Program-made: the position numbers and the translations under genes
Part shown: positions 39,946 to 50,503 of the stretch, one piece after another
Layout: each line of letters begins with the position of its first letter
Position numbering within the stretch: position 1 is the stretch's first letter
Notes under the pieces: model-generated
Told to the model about the DNA's origin: nothing
What the model saw: only the letters and a program-made list of their open reading frames with translations
The model's database searches: none
From: Limnochordia bacterium
GTDB taxonomy: Bacteria > Bacillota > Limnochordia > DTU080
Direction of reading: 5' to 3'
NCBI GenBank assembly: GCA_050951545.1
Contig: JBMNJG010000005.1
Location: forward strand, 128,001 to 192,000
Length of the DNA stretch: 64,000 nt

Positions 39946-40818
39946 TCACGAACGTCCCTGCCCCCAGAAAAAGAGTGCCAGGGTATCGGGGCCGGAGTGG
40001 GCACCCACCGCTGGACCAATGGCTGCCACAATGCACTCTCGCACCTGCACCTTCTCACGAATCCGAGCCTCCAGATGACGAGCATCAGCTTCGCAATCGC
40101 CGTGACTGATCGCAATAGTCTGCTCGGCAGGATCGACAATCCTCTCTACAAGGCGCTGGCAGAGCTCTTCTACAGATTTGCGACGTCCACGTACCTTACA
40201 CCAGGGTACTAGGCACCCTTCTTCATCCACACGTAAGACTGGTTTCACCTGTAACAGCGAACCAACTGCGCTGGCGAGATGCGAGACCCGCCCTCCGCGG
40301 CGAAGATACTCAAGATCGTCTACTGTGAACCAGTGGTTCATGCGCAGCTTGTTCGCCTCTACCCATTGGACCACCGCGTGCAAAGATGCTCCCTGCTTGA
40401 CCAACCGGGCCGCCTCTAAGACTACAAGGCCAAAACCCATTGACGCGCTCAGTGAGTCGACAATGCGTATCTCCGCATCAGGCCGGTCTCGCAAGACCGT
40501 CTTGCGAGCCAGAACCGCTGCGTTGAGCGTACCAGAGAGCGCAGAGGAAAAACCGATATACAGGACATCATGGCCACTGTCGAGGCTTTCTAGAAACAGG
40601 GTAGTGAACTGATTAGCGATCACTTGCGAAGTCGTAGCCAGGCCCCCAGCGCGCAAGTCGTCGTAGAAGGCCGAGGCCTCTCGCGTCACCCATGAGTCGT
40701 CGGGGTACGATGCACCTGCGATCGTGTAGCTCATAGGGGCAACCAGTATCCCATATTGTTCACGAATGGCTACTGGCAAGTCGCAACAAGAGTCCGTGAT
40801 GATCTGGATCGGGTTCAT
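39946..40818 (-). CDS. DegV/FakB family protein (second paralog)
   Basis: ITDSCCDLP, TTSQV, FSSALSGT, LRRGGR, GAHSGP. Confidence 0.95.
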   Translation of the reverse strand: MNPIQIITDSCCDLPVAIREQYGILVAPMSYTIAGASYPDDSWVTREASAFYDDLRAGGLATTSQVIANQFTTLFLESLDSGHDVLYIGFSSALSGTLNAAVLARKTVLRDRPDAEIRIVDSLSASMGFGLVVLEAARLVKQGASLHAVVQWVEANKLRMNHWFTVDDLEYLRRGGRVSHLASAVGSLLQVKPVLRVDEEGCLVPWCKVRGRRKSVEELCQRLVERIVDPAEQTIAISHGDCEADARHLEARIREKVQVRECIVAAIGPAVGAHSGPDTLALFFWGQGRS

Positions 40819-40999
40819 ATCTACCCAGTCACTCCCGCAAGAGCTTTGTATGTGCTACTGCTGTATCAGCTACGCCGCAAGCTTCAATACTCCTGCTTAA
40901 CGAGTGGGAAGCAGGAACGATGGTGCGAACAGCGAAGCGGTCTTTACATCCACAACTCCCAGCCTAAGCTGCATCAGGGTATTCAGGAAGGAGAGAGCC

Positions 41000-42085
41000 A
41001 TGGCTGTTACAGATCAGCTTACCTTCCGGGTTTATATCGGTACGTACACCCAAGGCGAAAGCAAAGGCATCTACGTCTATCGTTTTGATGGTTCCACTGG
41101 CAGCTGGCAGTTGCAGAGCGTTACACCGGATCAACAGAGTCCTGCTTTCCTGGCCATTCATCCCAACAGGCGCTTCTTGTACGCCGTCAACGAGGTCCGT
41201 GACTTCGCAGGCCGCACAAGCGGGGCTGTCTCAGCGTATGCCATCGAAGATGCCACTGGTAACTTACACCGACTCAACCAACAAGCAAGCATGGGCCCGG
41301 GGCCATGTCACCTGAGTGTCGATCCCACCGGACGCTGCGTGCTGGTAGCCAACTACGGCGGTGGTAGTGTTGCTCTGCTACCAATCAATGAAGACGGCTC
41401 TCTGAAAGAGGCTACATGCTTCATCCAGCATGAAGGACGGGGCTCAGACCCCAAACGCCAAACGGCCCCTCATGCGCACAGCATCCTGTGCGATCCACAG
41501 GGGCGCTTCGCCCTGGCGGCAGACTTGGGGTTAGACAAGATAATGATCTATGAGCTCGACCTCATCGGAGGTAAGCTCATGGCGCACACTCCGCCGTGGG
41601 CTGCCCTCCGACCGGGAGCCGGACCGCGACACTCCGTCTTCCATTCTAACGGCCGATTTCTCTATGTGATCAACGAACTGGATTCCACAATCACGGTGTT
41701 CGCTTACCGCGCAGAAGAAGGGGAGCTCACTTCGCTCCAGACAGTCTCCACTCTCCCCACAGGGTTCTCCGAAACGAACTACTGCGCTGATATCCACATC
41801 CATCCATCGGGTCGCTATCTCTATGGCTCTAACCGCGGACATGACAGCATCGTTAGCTATCGTGTGGATCCTGCCACAGGTCTTCTCGGCGCAACGGCTC
41901 ACTATTCCACACATGGGCGCACACCGCGTGGCTTTGCCATTGATCCAAGCGGAGCTTTCCTGGTCGCCGCCAATCAAGACAGTGACAACATTGTGGCCTT
42001 TCGCATCGATGAGCAGACTGGAGCGCTGCAGCTACACGGTGAGCCAACGCGGGTTCCCAGCCCCGTATGTGTGAAGATTCCCTGA
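41000..42085 (+). CDS. pgl: 6-phosphogluconolactonase (7-bladed beta-propeller lactonase)
   Basis: IGTYT, ANYGGG, PHAH, ADLGLD, GAGPRH, SNRGHDS, PRGF. Confidence 0.88.
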   Translation: MAVTDQLTFRVYIGTYTQGESKGIYVYRFDGSTGSWQLQSVTPDQQSPAFLAIHPNRRFLYAVNEVRDFAGRTSGAVSAYAIEDATGNLHRLNQQASMGPGPCHLSVDPTGRCVLVANYGGGSVALLPINEDGSLKEATCFIQHEGRGSDPKRQTAPHAHSILCDPQGRFALAADLGLDKIMIYELDLIGGKLMAHTPPWAALRPGAGPRHSVFHSNGRFLYVINELDSTITVFAYRAEEGELTSLQTVSTLPTGFSETNYCADIHIHPSGRYLYGSNRGHDSIVSYRVDPATGLLGATAHYSTHGRTPRGFAIDPSGAFLVAANQDSDNIVAFRIDEQTGALQLHGEPTRVPSPVCVKIP

Positions 42086-42138
42086 TCAGCGCCTGCCGAT
42101 GATGCAGCGTGGAAGGATTGCCAGAAGGAGTGTTGGCC

Positions 42139-43737
42139 GTGCGCCTCAAGTTCTGTGGTGCCGCACAGACAGTTACCGGATCATCGTTCCTAGTCTCAGT
42201 AGCAGATCGCCATATTCTCATCGACTGCGGCCTCTACCAAGGTAGCAAGGCTCTGCAAGAACGCAACTATGGGCCGTTCCCATTCAGTCCTAACGAGATC
42301 GATGCCGTAGTGCTCACGCATGCCCATATCGATCACAGCGGTCTGCTCCCCAAGCTAGTCAAGCAGGGCTTTAGGGGGCCCATCTACGCCACCGAACCGA
42401 CCAAGGATCTCTGTTCGATTATGTTAGCCGACAGCGCTCACATCCAAGAGACGGAGGTGGAGCGCAAAAACCGCAAGCTGGCCCGGCAGGACAAACCCCT
42501 ACTTACCCCAATCTACACCGTAGCGGATGCGCAAGCGACCATGGAGCAATTTGAGGCTGTAGAGTACTACCGCAGGGTCGCCCTTTTCCCCAATGTAGTG
42601 GCTGTGCTGCGCCCATCGGGGCATATGCTCGGCGCTGCACTGATAGAGCTGCATGTGTTGGAGGGTGACGAGCGAACCACGCTACTGTTCACCGGCGATC
42701 TCGGGGCCACAGACCGCCCGATCGTGCCCGATCCTGAGAAACCGGGAGGTCCTGACTTTGTCATTATGGAGGCCACCTATGGTGACAGAGAACGCCAGGA
42801 ACCCGAAGACAGTTACGCGCAACTGGCCCGCATTATCAAAGACACGTTCCGTCGTGGCGGGAACGTCATCATTCCAGCCTTTGCCGTGGAACGCACCCAG
42901 GATCTGCTCTACGGGCTCAATCGACTCATCCATAGAGGAGCGTTGGCACCACAGCATGTCTACGTCGACAGCCCGCTTGCCGTCGAGGCAACCCGGGTCT
43001 TTGCCCGCCATGTCGATCTGTTTGACGAAGAGGCTCAACGCTTCCGCCACATAACCGGCGATGTGCCCATTCATTTTCCCAATCTGCACTTCGTGCATAC
43101 GCCTCAGGAGTCCATGCAGCTCAACCGTATCAAGAGCGGCGCCGTGATCATCTCTGCCAGCGGCATGTGCACCGCAGGACGCATCAAGCATCACCTTAAG
43201 CACAACCTTTGGCGCCCGGAGTCCTCTGTGGTATTTGTGGGATACCAAGCCCAAGGAAGCCTCGGTAGGCAGATCGTCGATGGAGAACCGCTGGTGCGCA
43301 TCCATGGAGAGTACGTGAAGGTTCGAGCACAAATTCACCAGCTCGAGGGCTTCTCTGCACACGCTGATCAACGGGAACTCGTGGAGTGGGTAACCCACCT
43401 GGAACGCTGTCCACGAGCCGTCTTCCTAGTTCACGGTGAGGAAAGCGCTCTCTCGACGCTGCAGGAGCTACTTCGCCGCAAGCTGGGTGTGCCAATCGAG
43501 GTACCAGCCCATCTTTCAGAGTATACTCTTGCCGAGACATCTACCCAGATTGACTGTGGCAGAGCCGCTCGCGCGGTCCAGCCCACACTCTGGTCTACGA
43601 CTCGTCAGCTTGTAGACGTGCTCCGGGAGCTCGAACGTGCTGACATACCTACAGAGGAGCTTACAGCTTTTCTGGCTCAGGCTGAGGCCCTACGCCAGGA
43701 GGCCGCCCGTACTCTGCGGGATGGGACAGCCGCCTGA
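42139..43737 (+). CDS. MBL-fold beta-CASP ribonuclease
   Basis: GAAQTVTGS, THAHIDHSG, GHMLG, TGDLG, FAVERTQ, SAHAD, VHGE. Confidence 0.93.
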   Translation: MRLKFCGAAQTVTGSSFLVSVADRHILIDCGLYQGSKALQERNYGPFPFSPNEIDAVVLTHAHIDHSGLLPKLVKQGFRGPIYATEPTKDLCSIMLADSAHIQETEVERKNRKLARQDKPLLTPIYTVADAQATMEQFEAVEYYRRVALFPNVVAVLRPSGHMLGAALIELHVLEGDERTTLLFTGDLGATDRPIVPDPEKPGGPDFVIMEATYGDRERQEPEDSYAQLARIIKDTFRRGGNVIIPAFAVERTQDLLYGLNRLIHRGALAPQHVYVDSPLAVEATRVFARHVDLFDEEAQRFRHITGDVPIHFPNLHFVHTPQESMQLNRIKSGAVIISASGMCTAGRIKHHLKHNLWRPESSVVFVGYQAQGSLGRQIVDGEPLVRIHGEYVKVRAQIHQLEGFSAHADQRELVEWVTHLERCPRAVFLVHGEESALSTLQELLRRKLGVPIEVPAHLSEYTLAETSTQIDCGRAARAVQPTLWSTTRQLVDVLRELERADIPTEELTAFLAQAEALRQEAARTLRDGTAA

Positions 43738-43758
43738 TGTCTTTCGCATGTCCGCGAG

Positions 43759-43792
43759 CACAGGATCCGTCCCCAAGGCGACGGATCCTGTG
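43759..43792. terminator. Hairpin between convergent genes
   Basis: CACAGGATCCGTC-N8-GACGGATCCTGTG. Confidence 0.65.
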
Positions 43793-43805
43793 TTCCACCT
43801 AGACT

Positions 43806-44093
43806 CTAGCTTTTCTTGGCACTCTGTGTTGTTTCTGCACGGCTGATCTTGGGAACTGACGGGGTTGAGCCCCGCCCCTTGTCGTGGAAGGTCTTACAGC
43901 ACGTCGCCATGCAAGTGTGAGCTGAAGTGCTCCCTATCTCGGATGCTACCTCCATCATGGTGGTAGCATCGACATGCTCAGGTGCTTTGCTGGCCCCGGC
44001 ATCACTTGTTACCAGAATCTCTTTGGCCAGACAGAGATTCCCCGTCTCCCAATAGTAGCAGTTCTCTACTGTGCAGTGGATATGCTGCGGCAA
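43806..44093 (-). CDS. DUF1540-like small Cys-rich protein
   Basis: IHCTVENCYYW...C.A.EI.V...TCCKTF; TTG 44093 after GAGGGGG. Confidence 0.75.
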   Translation of the reverse strand: MPQHIHCTVENCYYWETGNLCLAKEILVTSDAGASKAPEHVDATTMMEVASEIGSTSAHTCMATCCKTFHDKGRGSTPSVPKISRAETTQSAKKS

Positions 44094-44162
44094 CCAGACT
44101 ACCCCCTCTGCTCTGATCTCCATTCTAGAATGAGCGTTGGAGGGCAGCATTATGCCAGGCAA

Positions 44163-44546
44163 CTAGCGCAGCGTCGCGATGCAGTCTATCTCAACGTCAA
44201 AGCCCGGCAACTGTGCGCCGACAGTGGTGCGGCATGGATAGGGTTCATGAAAAAACTCCCGGTAGACCTCATTAAACGACTGAAAGTGTCGCATATCGCT
44301 GAGATAGGCGTTGACCTTCACCACCAGCGTAAGATCAGAACCAGCGGCTTCCAGAATGGCCTTCACGTTTCTCAGCGTCTGGCGTACCTGGTCTTGTATC
44401 GATCCCTCAATCTGCTTACCAGTGGCCGGATCGAGAGGACCTTGACCCGACACGAATAGAAGATCACCCACCTTGAGCCCCTGCGAGTATGGGCCGGCAC
44501 CGCGAGGCGCTCCCTGGGCGATAACGAGTTCCTTCACATGTATCAC
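44163..44546 (-). CDS. ridA: RidA/YjgF enamine deaminase
   Basis: GPYSQG, SGQ, NEVY..FF..PYP.R, VEIDCIA. Confidence 0.92.
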   Translation of the reverse strand: MIHVKELVIAQGAPRGAGPYSQGLKVGDLLFVSGQGPLDPATGKQIEGSIQDQVRQTLRNVKAILEAAGSDLTLVVKVNAYLSDMRHFQSFNEVYREFFHEPYPCRTTVGAQLPGFDVEIDCIATLR

Positions 44547-44714
44547 ATCCCTTGCTTATTTCATAGCACTCGGTCAGACTACATCTTCCTCCTCCTTGCG
44601 AGCTGTACCTGCCCCTGAATCACAGTAAATTTCTCTCCACAACCCCAATCAGGAAGGTACAACCGTAAGGAGCGAGAATAAGGATGGCGTTAAAGGAGTG
44701 GGATCGATCGTAGA

Positions 44715-45800
44715 ATGGTAAAGCTGGAATCGGTCAGCAAGATGTTTGGCGATTTTCTCGCCGTAAACAACTTATCTTTGGACGTCGCAGAGGGCGAGTT
44801 TCTCACTTTGTTGGGTCCAAGCGGCTGCGGAAAAACCACAACACTGAGACTGATCGCTGGCTTTGAGCAACCGACATCCGGACGCGTCCATATTGGTAAT
44901 ACCCTCGTCAACGATGTTCCTCCTTTTCGCCGCGATGTGAACACCGTCTTTCAGAACTATGCTCTCTTCCCACACCTCACGGTATACGAAAATGTCGCCT
45001 TTGGCTTGCGTCTGAAAAAAGCCAGTCGAGCTACCATTGAAGAGCGTGTGCGCTGGGCCCTAGACCTGGTCAAACTGGGAAGCCTAGGTGCGCGTAGACC
45101 GCGCCAACTCTCTGGTGGCCAGCAGCAGCGAGTAGCTCTGGCGCGGGCACTGGTGTGCCATCCCAAAGTGCTACTGCTCGATGAACCCTTGGGAGCACTC
45201 GATCTGAAGATGCGCAAGACCATGCAGATCGAACTGAAAGCTCTGCAACGCCAACTGGGTGTGACGTTTATCTATGTCACCCATGACCAAGAAGAAGCCT
45301 TGGCCATGTCCGACCGGATAGCAGTCATGGACGCTGGCATCGTGCATCAACTAGACACCGCAGCCGTCATCTATGAGTACCCACGCACCCGTTTTGTGGC
45401 CGATTTCATTGGCGAGGCCAACCTTCTTCAGGCCCGTGTAGCAGAGATCACCCCACAAACCGCGTGGCTCGAGGTGCACGGCCAACGCTTGCCATGTGCG
45501 CCTTGCGAAGGTGTACGCCCGAACCAGGAAGTGTGGCTTATGCTTAGACCGGAGTATATTCGAGTTCGATCAGCTCAGCACGCCCGCCAAGCAGTTGCCA
45601 CAGAGAGTGCCGCTGTTGTCAGCGGAGTGCTTCGCGAGATTGTCTATCTGGGAGCTACGCTCAAAGCCATCGTAGAGATTGGCAAGGGTTTGAGCATCAC
45701 GGCTGCTAGGTTAAGCAGTTCGAGTGTGGCCACTATCGCCCCTGGCTCCACCGTGCAACTTCACTGGCCTTCTTCTGCTGGCCACATCCTAACCCAGTAG
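44715..45800 (+). CDS. potA: Spermidine/putrescine ABC transporter ATPase
   Basis: GPSGCGKTT, RDVNTVFQNYALFPH, LSGGQQQR. Confidence 0.92.
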   Translation: MVKLESVSKMFGDFLAVNNLSLDVAEGEFLTLLGPSGCGKTTTLRLIAGFEQPTSGRVHIGNTLVNDVPPFRRDVNTVFQNYALFPHLTVYENVAFGLRLKKASRATIEERVRWALDLVKLGSLGARRPRQLSGGQQQRVALARALVCHPKVLLLDEPLGALDLKMRKTMQIELKALQRQLGVTFIYVTHDQEEALAMSDRIAVMDAGIVHQLDTAAVIYEYPRTRFVADFIGEANLLQARVAEITPQTAWLEVHGQRLPCAPCEGVRPNQEVWLMLRPEYIRVRSAQHARQAVATESAAVVSGVLREIVYLGATLKAIVEIGKGLSITAARLSSSSVATIAPGSTVQLHWPSSAGHILTQ

Positions 45801-45813
45801 GAGTGGATGCTCA

Positions 45814-46716
45814 ATGGCTGTTCTGCCGCAGCTTCGCCGGCAGCGAAGACGCCCCGACGAACCCACTGGCGAAATCGCTGGCGGGGCGCGCCACCGCGTC
45901 ATGCTCCTATTGCCAGGAGTGGTCTGGCTCGTTATCTTTGGTATTCTACCGCTGGCCCTGGTGGTCTTATATAGCTTTGCCCACCGCGGGACCTATGGTG
46001 GCATAGAGATCACCTGGACGCTTGAAAACTACGCCCGTCTGGCAGATCGTCTGTATCTGGCTATTCTGTGGCGTTCGTTCGTGTTTGCCCTGGCCACCAC
46101 CGTCCTTTGCCTCCTTTTGGGCTACCCATTGGCTTATGCTATTGCCTCATCGCCGGAGCCTGTCAAGAACCGGCTGCTACTCCTCATGATCGTGCCCTTT
46201 TGGACGAACTTCCTAATACGTACCTACGCCTGGATTATCATCCTGCGTGGTCAGGGTTTGATCAACGGGCTTCTGATGCACTTGGGGTTGATAAATGAAC
46301 CGCTTAAGATGCTGTATACGCCAGGAGCAGTATTGCTCGGCTTCGTCTACAACTGGCTGCCTTTCATGGTGTTGCCTCTGTATGCTTCATTGGAGAAGAT
46401 TGACCGCTCTTATATTGAAGCAGCTATGGATCTCGGTGCCCGCGGCAAAGCGATTCTCGCCCGAGTTATTCTGCCACTGTCGCTACCAGGTATCGCTGCT
46501 GGTTGCATCTTGGTCTTTATTCCCGCCTTGGCTATGTTCGCCATTCCGGATCTTCTCGGTGGCGCGCGCACGATGCTCGTAGGCAACCTCATCAAGAACC
46601 AGTTTCTTTCGGCACGCAACTGGCCATTTGGCTCCGCGGCATCGGTCTTTCTCATGGTAATCATGTTAATCGCTCTCTTCATCTACAGGCACGTCCTGCA
46701 AAGAACGCAAGGGTAA
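45814..46716 (+). CDS. potB: Spermidine/putrescine ABC permease
   Basis: PFWTNFLIRTYAW, LPFMVLPLY, EAAMDLGA, NWPFGSA. Confidence 0.92.
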   Translation: MAVLPQLRRQRRRPDEPTGEIAGGARHRVMLLLPGVVWLVIFGILPLALVVLYSFAHRGTYGGIEITWTLENYARLADRLYLAILWRSFVFALATTVLCLLLGYPLAYAIASSPEPVKNRLLLLMIVPFWTNFLIRTYAWIIILRGQGLINGLLMHLGLINEPLKMLYTPGAVLLGFVYNWLPFMVLPLYASLEKIDRSYIEAAMDLGARGKAILARVILPLSLPGIAAGCILVFIPALAMFAIPDLLGGARTMLVGNLIKNQFLSARNWPFGSAASVFLMVIMLIALFIYRHVLQRTQG

Positions 46717-46731
46717 GGGGAGGTGTGATCT

Positions 46732-47499
46732 GTGTCGCGACGCTGCTTGTGGGTCTATGTCACACTGGGCTACCTCTTCTTATACCTGCCCATTGCTGTG
46801 CTCGTGGTCTTCTCCTTCAATGCCTCCCGCTTTAATGTCAACTGGGAGGGCTTCACCTTGGCATGGTACGCCAAGCTTGGCACCAATGCCAATATCCTGG
46901 CAGCGGCCAGCAACAGCCTTGTCATCGCCTGTGTAAGTACCGTCCTTTCCACTGTACTCGGCACGAATCTGGCTCTGGGCATGCACCGGAACACCACCTG
47001 GCTTCGTCCCATCACGGAGTTCTTGGTTTACGTGCCAGTTATCGTTCCCGAGACTGTCATGGGCATTTCGCTTCTGGCCTTCTTCGTCCTCACAGGCATT
47101 CGGCTGGGTCTGGTCTCGGTGGTTATCTCCCATGTGGCCTTCTGCGCCCCCTTCGTTGCGCTGATTGTGCAAGCGAGACTCGACGGCTTTGACGATTCGC
47201 TGGTCGAGGCCGCCCTCGATCTAGGCGCCACCGAATGGCAGGCACTCTACAGGGTCATCCTGCCGATAGCCGCCCCGGGGATTCTTGCTGGAGCCCTGCT
47301 GGCCTTCACCATGTCCTTGGATGATTTCATCGTTACGTTTTTCACGGCTGGTCCGGGTTCTACCACTCTGCCGCTCTATATCTTCTCTATGGTCAAATTT
47401 GGGATCTCTCCCGAGATAAACGCCCTATGTACCGTGCTTCTTGTTGTCACGGCCGTCGCGATCGTGGCCTACGACAAGCTGGTTCGCATACGTGACTAG
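46732..47499 (+). CDS. potC: Spermidine/putrescine ABC permease
   Basis: FLYLPI..SFN, EAALDLGA, SLDDF, PEINAL. Confidence 0.92.
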   Translation: MSRRCLWVYVTLGYLFLYLPIAVLVVFSFNASRFNVNWEGFTLAWYAKLGTNANILAAASNSLVIACVSTVLSTVLGTNLALGMHRNTTWLRPITEFLVYVPVIVPETVMGISLLAFFVLTGIRLGLVSVVISHVAFCAPFVALIVQARLDGFDDSLVEAALDLGATEWQALYRVILPIAAPGILAGALLAFTMSLDDFIVTFFTAGPGSTTLPLYIFSMVKFGISPEINALCTVLLVVTAVAIVAYDKLVRIRD

Positions 47500-47547
47500 T
47501 AGCCTGCGCCGCCTGCGCAGAGGGTTGATTTTAGGAGGCTTATTCCT

Positions 47548-48603
47548 ATGAAAAGACTGTTCGGACGGTGGACTGTGCCTTTGGTGGTGTTGGTGGTTGC
47601 TGCGGCGATCGTGGTGCCCCGGGCTATGCGTAGCCGCCGCTTGCCAGAACTGAACCTCTTCAACTGGACCGAGTACATGCCACAGGAGATACTGGATGCT
47701 TTTGCCAAGGAGTTTCGAGTCAGGATCAACTATGACACCTATTCGAGCAACGAAGAGATGCTGGCCAAACTGACCGCTGGTGCCGCAGGTTACGATATTA
47801 TCGTCCCCTCAGATTACATGGTCTCTGTGCTCTTGAAGCAGGGTCTGCTCGAACCCCTTGATAAGCAGGCTCTCACCAACTGGGGCAACCTTGATCCGGA
47901 CTTCCTCAATCTGGAGTTTGACCCGAGCAACCGCTACAGCGTCCCCTACATGTGGGGTACGGTTGGTCTCGCGGTTAATACCACCTTCGTCAAAGAGACG
48001 ATCACCAAATGGGGAGACCTGTGGGACCCGAAATACAAGGGCCGCATCGTGTTACCGGATGATCCACGGGAGATCATCGGGATGGGTCTACAGGTTACAG
48101 GCAAGTCACGCAACAGCACTGAGCCAAAAGATCTGGAGGCGGCCAAGCAGAAGCTGCGGGATCTGATGCCTTCTGTTAAGGCCTTCGACAGCGACAGCCC
48201 CAAGTCGCTTCTGCTCTCAGGGGAAGTGCATCTAGGCATGGTATGGAACGGGGAAGCTGTGTTGGCAGCTGTAGAAAACCCGAAGATCATCTACGTACTG
48301 CCCGCTGAGGGCGGGGGGATATGGATGGACACCCTGGCCATCCCCAAGTCCGCGAAGAACAAGAAACTGGCCCACGAGTTCATCAACTTCATGCTACGGC
48401 CCGAGATCAGTGCACGGCTATCTGAAGCCTTTCCCTATGGGAACCCAAATAAGGCCTCGCACGCACTTACTGATCCTGGTATCTTGAGCAATCCAGCTGC
48501 CTATCCTTCGGCCTCAGCTCTCAGGAAAGCAGAATGGCTTACGGACGTAGGCGAGGCTACAGTGCTATATGATAGAATCTGGACAGAGCTTAAGGGCCAG
48601 TAA
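47548..48603 (+). CDS. potD: Spermidine/putrescine-binding protein
   Basis: NWTEY, SNEEM, YDIIVPSDY, PYMWGT, WNGEA, WMD. Confidence 0.92.
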   Translation: MKRLFGRWTVPLVVLVVAAAIVVPRAMRSRRLPELNLFNWTEYMPQEILDAFAKEFRVRINYDTYSSNEEMLAKLTAGAAGYDIIVPSDYMVSVLLKQGLLEPLDKQALTNWGNLDPDFLNLEFDPSNRYSVPYMWGTVGLAVNTTFVKETITKWGDLWDPKYKGRIVLPDDPREIIGMGLQVTGKSRNSTEPKDLEAAKQKLRDLMPSVKAFDSDSPKSLLLSGEVHLGMVWNGEAVLAAVENPKIIYVLPAEGGGIWMDTLAIPKSAKNKKLAHEFINFMLRPEISARLSEAFPYGNPNKASHALTDPGILSNPAAYPSASALRKAEWLTDVGEATVLYDRIWTELKGQ

Positions 48604-48649
48604 CGCGATGACGGGCGCCCAGCGTAGGGCGCCCACTTGTTCTTCCTCT

Positions 48650-48910
48650 CTAGTTCTTAAAGTGCTTGGCGTTCTTCTCGATGAAGGACTGCCACTCTTC
48701 GGGCACTTCATCCTCAGGGAAAATAGCCTGCACTGGGCACTCGGCGGCACAAGCTCCACACTCGATGCACTCATCAGGATCAATAAAGAGCTGCTCCGCC
48801 TCCTCGAAGCCATCCTCGTCCTTCATGGGATGGATGGCCTCTACCGGGCACACCTCTGAACACGCTGTGTCTTTGACACCAATGCACGGCTCGCAGATGA
48901 CATATGCCAT
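48650..48910 (-). CDS. 7Fe-type ([3Fe-4S][4Fe-4S]) ferredoxin
   Basis: YVICEPCIGVKD.AC..VCP...IDPDECIECGAC...CPV.AIFPEDEVPEEW. Confidence 0.9.
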   Translation of the reverse strand: MAYVICEPCIGVKDTACSEVCPVEAIHPMKDEDGFEEAEQLFIDPDECIECGACAAECPVQAIFPEDEVPEEWQSFIEKNAKHFKN

Positions 48911-49044
48911 TTCGTGATCCTCCTTCGTTAGTTACGATTATTCGCCCCGCAACTCGCTGTCCCTTCGTGTTGAGGAATAAACAGGAGCCACGTGTCCACC
49001 GCCGTATTATAACATTTAGCTATGCTCCGTAGGAGAGATGCCAT

Positions 49045-49776
49045 ATGGGTTTCTGGAACGAGTTCCGCCCAACACGACCCCACCAATGGGACGGCTCGCT
49101 AACCGATGTACGAACCGCGCGTTTTGAGGGCCTCGTCGCCTACGGTGAGCCCGTCTTTGTGGCCAAAGCTGGCGCACTGGCTGGGGCAATCGTGACCGTT
49201 ATTCTGCGCTTCTTCCCCCTCAGTCCTGTCCGCCATAGCACGTTCCTCTTCTCCGTGGCCTTTTTCTCGGTGCTTGGGGCACTGCTGGCTCTGTGGCGAC
49301 GCCAGGCCCTGCTGAAGGAGAAGCGTTACCGGCTGTTCAACCGTGACTTTCTTCCCCACACGCTGTTTACCTATGCCTTTATCCCTTTTCTGCCGATGCT
49401 ATACATGTTCATTCTACCCGACATCTCTGAAGACGTGAGCTCTAGCCTCGACACGTTTACTGGCGGCGGGATACTCCTACTCATGACATTCTGGACTGGT
49501 GCGGTCTTCGATTACCTATGGGAGGCATTCCACAACTTTAGTTTGATCCGCCTTGGGCGAAGCAACCCTGACCACATCGGCAAGCTGACCCTGCGTCGCT
49601 GGATCATGCAAGAGGAAGCATTGCATCAGTTCCATCTTGACGATCTAAGCTATTGCGACGGCCACGTGGTGGTAAAAGGCTGGTTCGAAGACCCCAGCGA
49701 GCTTCGCCGGAAGCTCCTGTTGTTGGATTTTGTCACAGAGGCCAAGATAGACCAGCAAGACGAGCCGCCGCTATAG
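49045..49776 (+). CDS. Hypothetical 4-TM membrane protein
   Basis: SD AGGAG, TATTAT -10-like sequence upstream, four hydrophobic segments. Confidence 0.7.
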   Translation: MGFWNEFRPTRPHQWDGSLTDVRTARFEGLVAYGEPVFVAKAGALAGAIVTVILRFFPLSPVRHSTFLFSVAFFSVLGALLALWRRQALLKEKRYRLFNRDFLPHTLFTYAFIPFLPMLYMFILPDISEDVSSSLDTFTGGGILLLMTFWTGAVFDYLWEAFHNFSLIRLGRSNPDHIGKLTLRRWIMQEEALHQFHLDDLSYCDGHVVVKGWFEDPSELRRKLLLLDFVTEAKIDQQDEPPL

Positions 49777-49813
49777 AAATGGCCGCTCGTCTCGCTACTG
49801 TATGCCATGCATG

Positions 49814-50503
49814 TTACCTTGTCAGGTAGTGCTGCAGAGTCGCCAAACCTGCAGCCAGGTCTTCGTTGCGTACCACAATTTCAGACGGTACGACAAGGCT
49901 AACCGGGGCGAAATTCCAGATGGCCATGATGCCAGCCTCGACCATCGTATCGGCCACCGCTTGCGCCTCCGCATCTGGCACCGTGATAATCCCCAACTGA
50001 ATGCGAAGCCGTTGTACCAGATCTCCGAGCTTATCTACGGGCAAGATGGCCTGCCCTCCACTCCGCGCTCCCGGAAGCGGCTGCCCAACCTTGGCCTCAT
50101 CCGCATCAAACACAGCCACAATCTCTATTCCATAGGCGCGGAATCCTGAGTACCCACACAGCGCCAAGCCTAGCTTGCCAGCACCTACCAGCACCGCATC
50201 GGTGATATTGTTGAACCCCAGTACATCCTCCAAGCGCTGTAGTAAATCCGCCGCCTTATACCCCAGTCCTGGGCGTCCCTTCCCCCATACGCAACTCAGG
50301 TCGCGACGCACTTGGGCATCGTCGATCTGCAACCGTCGTCCCAGCTCCGAACTGGCAACATAAGCTTCGCCGGACTTCACCACTGCTGCCACAACTCGGT
50401 AATACGCGGGCAGCCGCTCCAGTGTAGGGCGAGGTAAGGCGACTGACTCTTGGCTCAAGCGCTCTACACTCTTGCTTTCATCCGCTGCCTGCTGTGGACT
50501 CAC
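49814..50503 (-). CDS. rex: Rex-family repressor, hydrogenase-operon-associated paralog
   Basis: RLPAYYR, QVRRDLS...GRPGLGY, VGAGKLG, WNFAP; overlaps the hydA stop codon. Confidence 0.9.
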   Translation of the reverse strand: MSPQQAADESKSVERLSQESVALPRPTLERLPAYYRVVAAVVKSGEAYVASSELGRRLQIDDAQVRRDLSCVWGKGRPGLGYKAADLLQRLEDVLGFNNITDAVLVGAGKLGLALCGYSGFRAYGIEIVAVFDADEAKVGQPLPGARSGGQAILPVDKLGDLVQRLRIQLGIITVPDAEAQAVADTMVEAGIMAIWNFAPVSLVVPSEIVVRNEDLAAGLATLQHYLTR

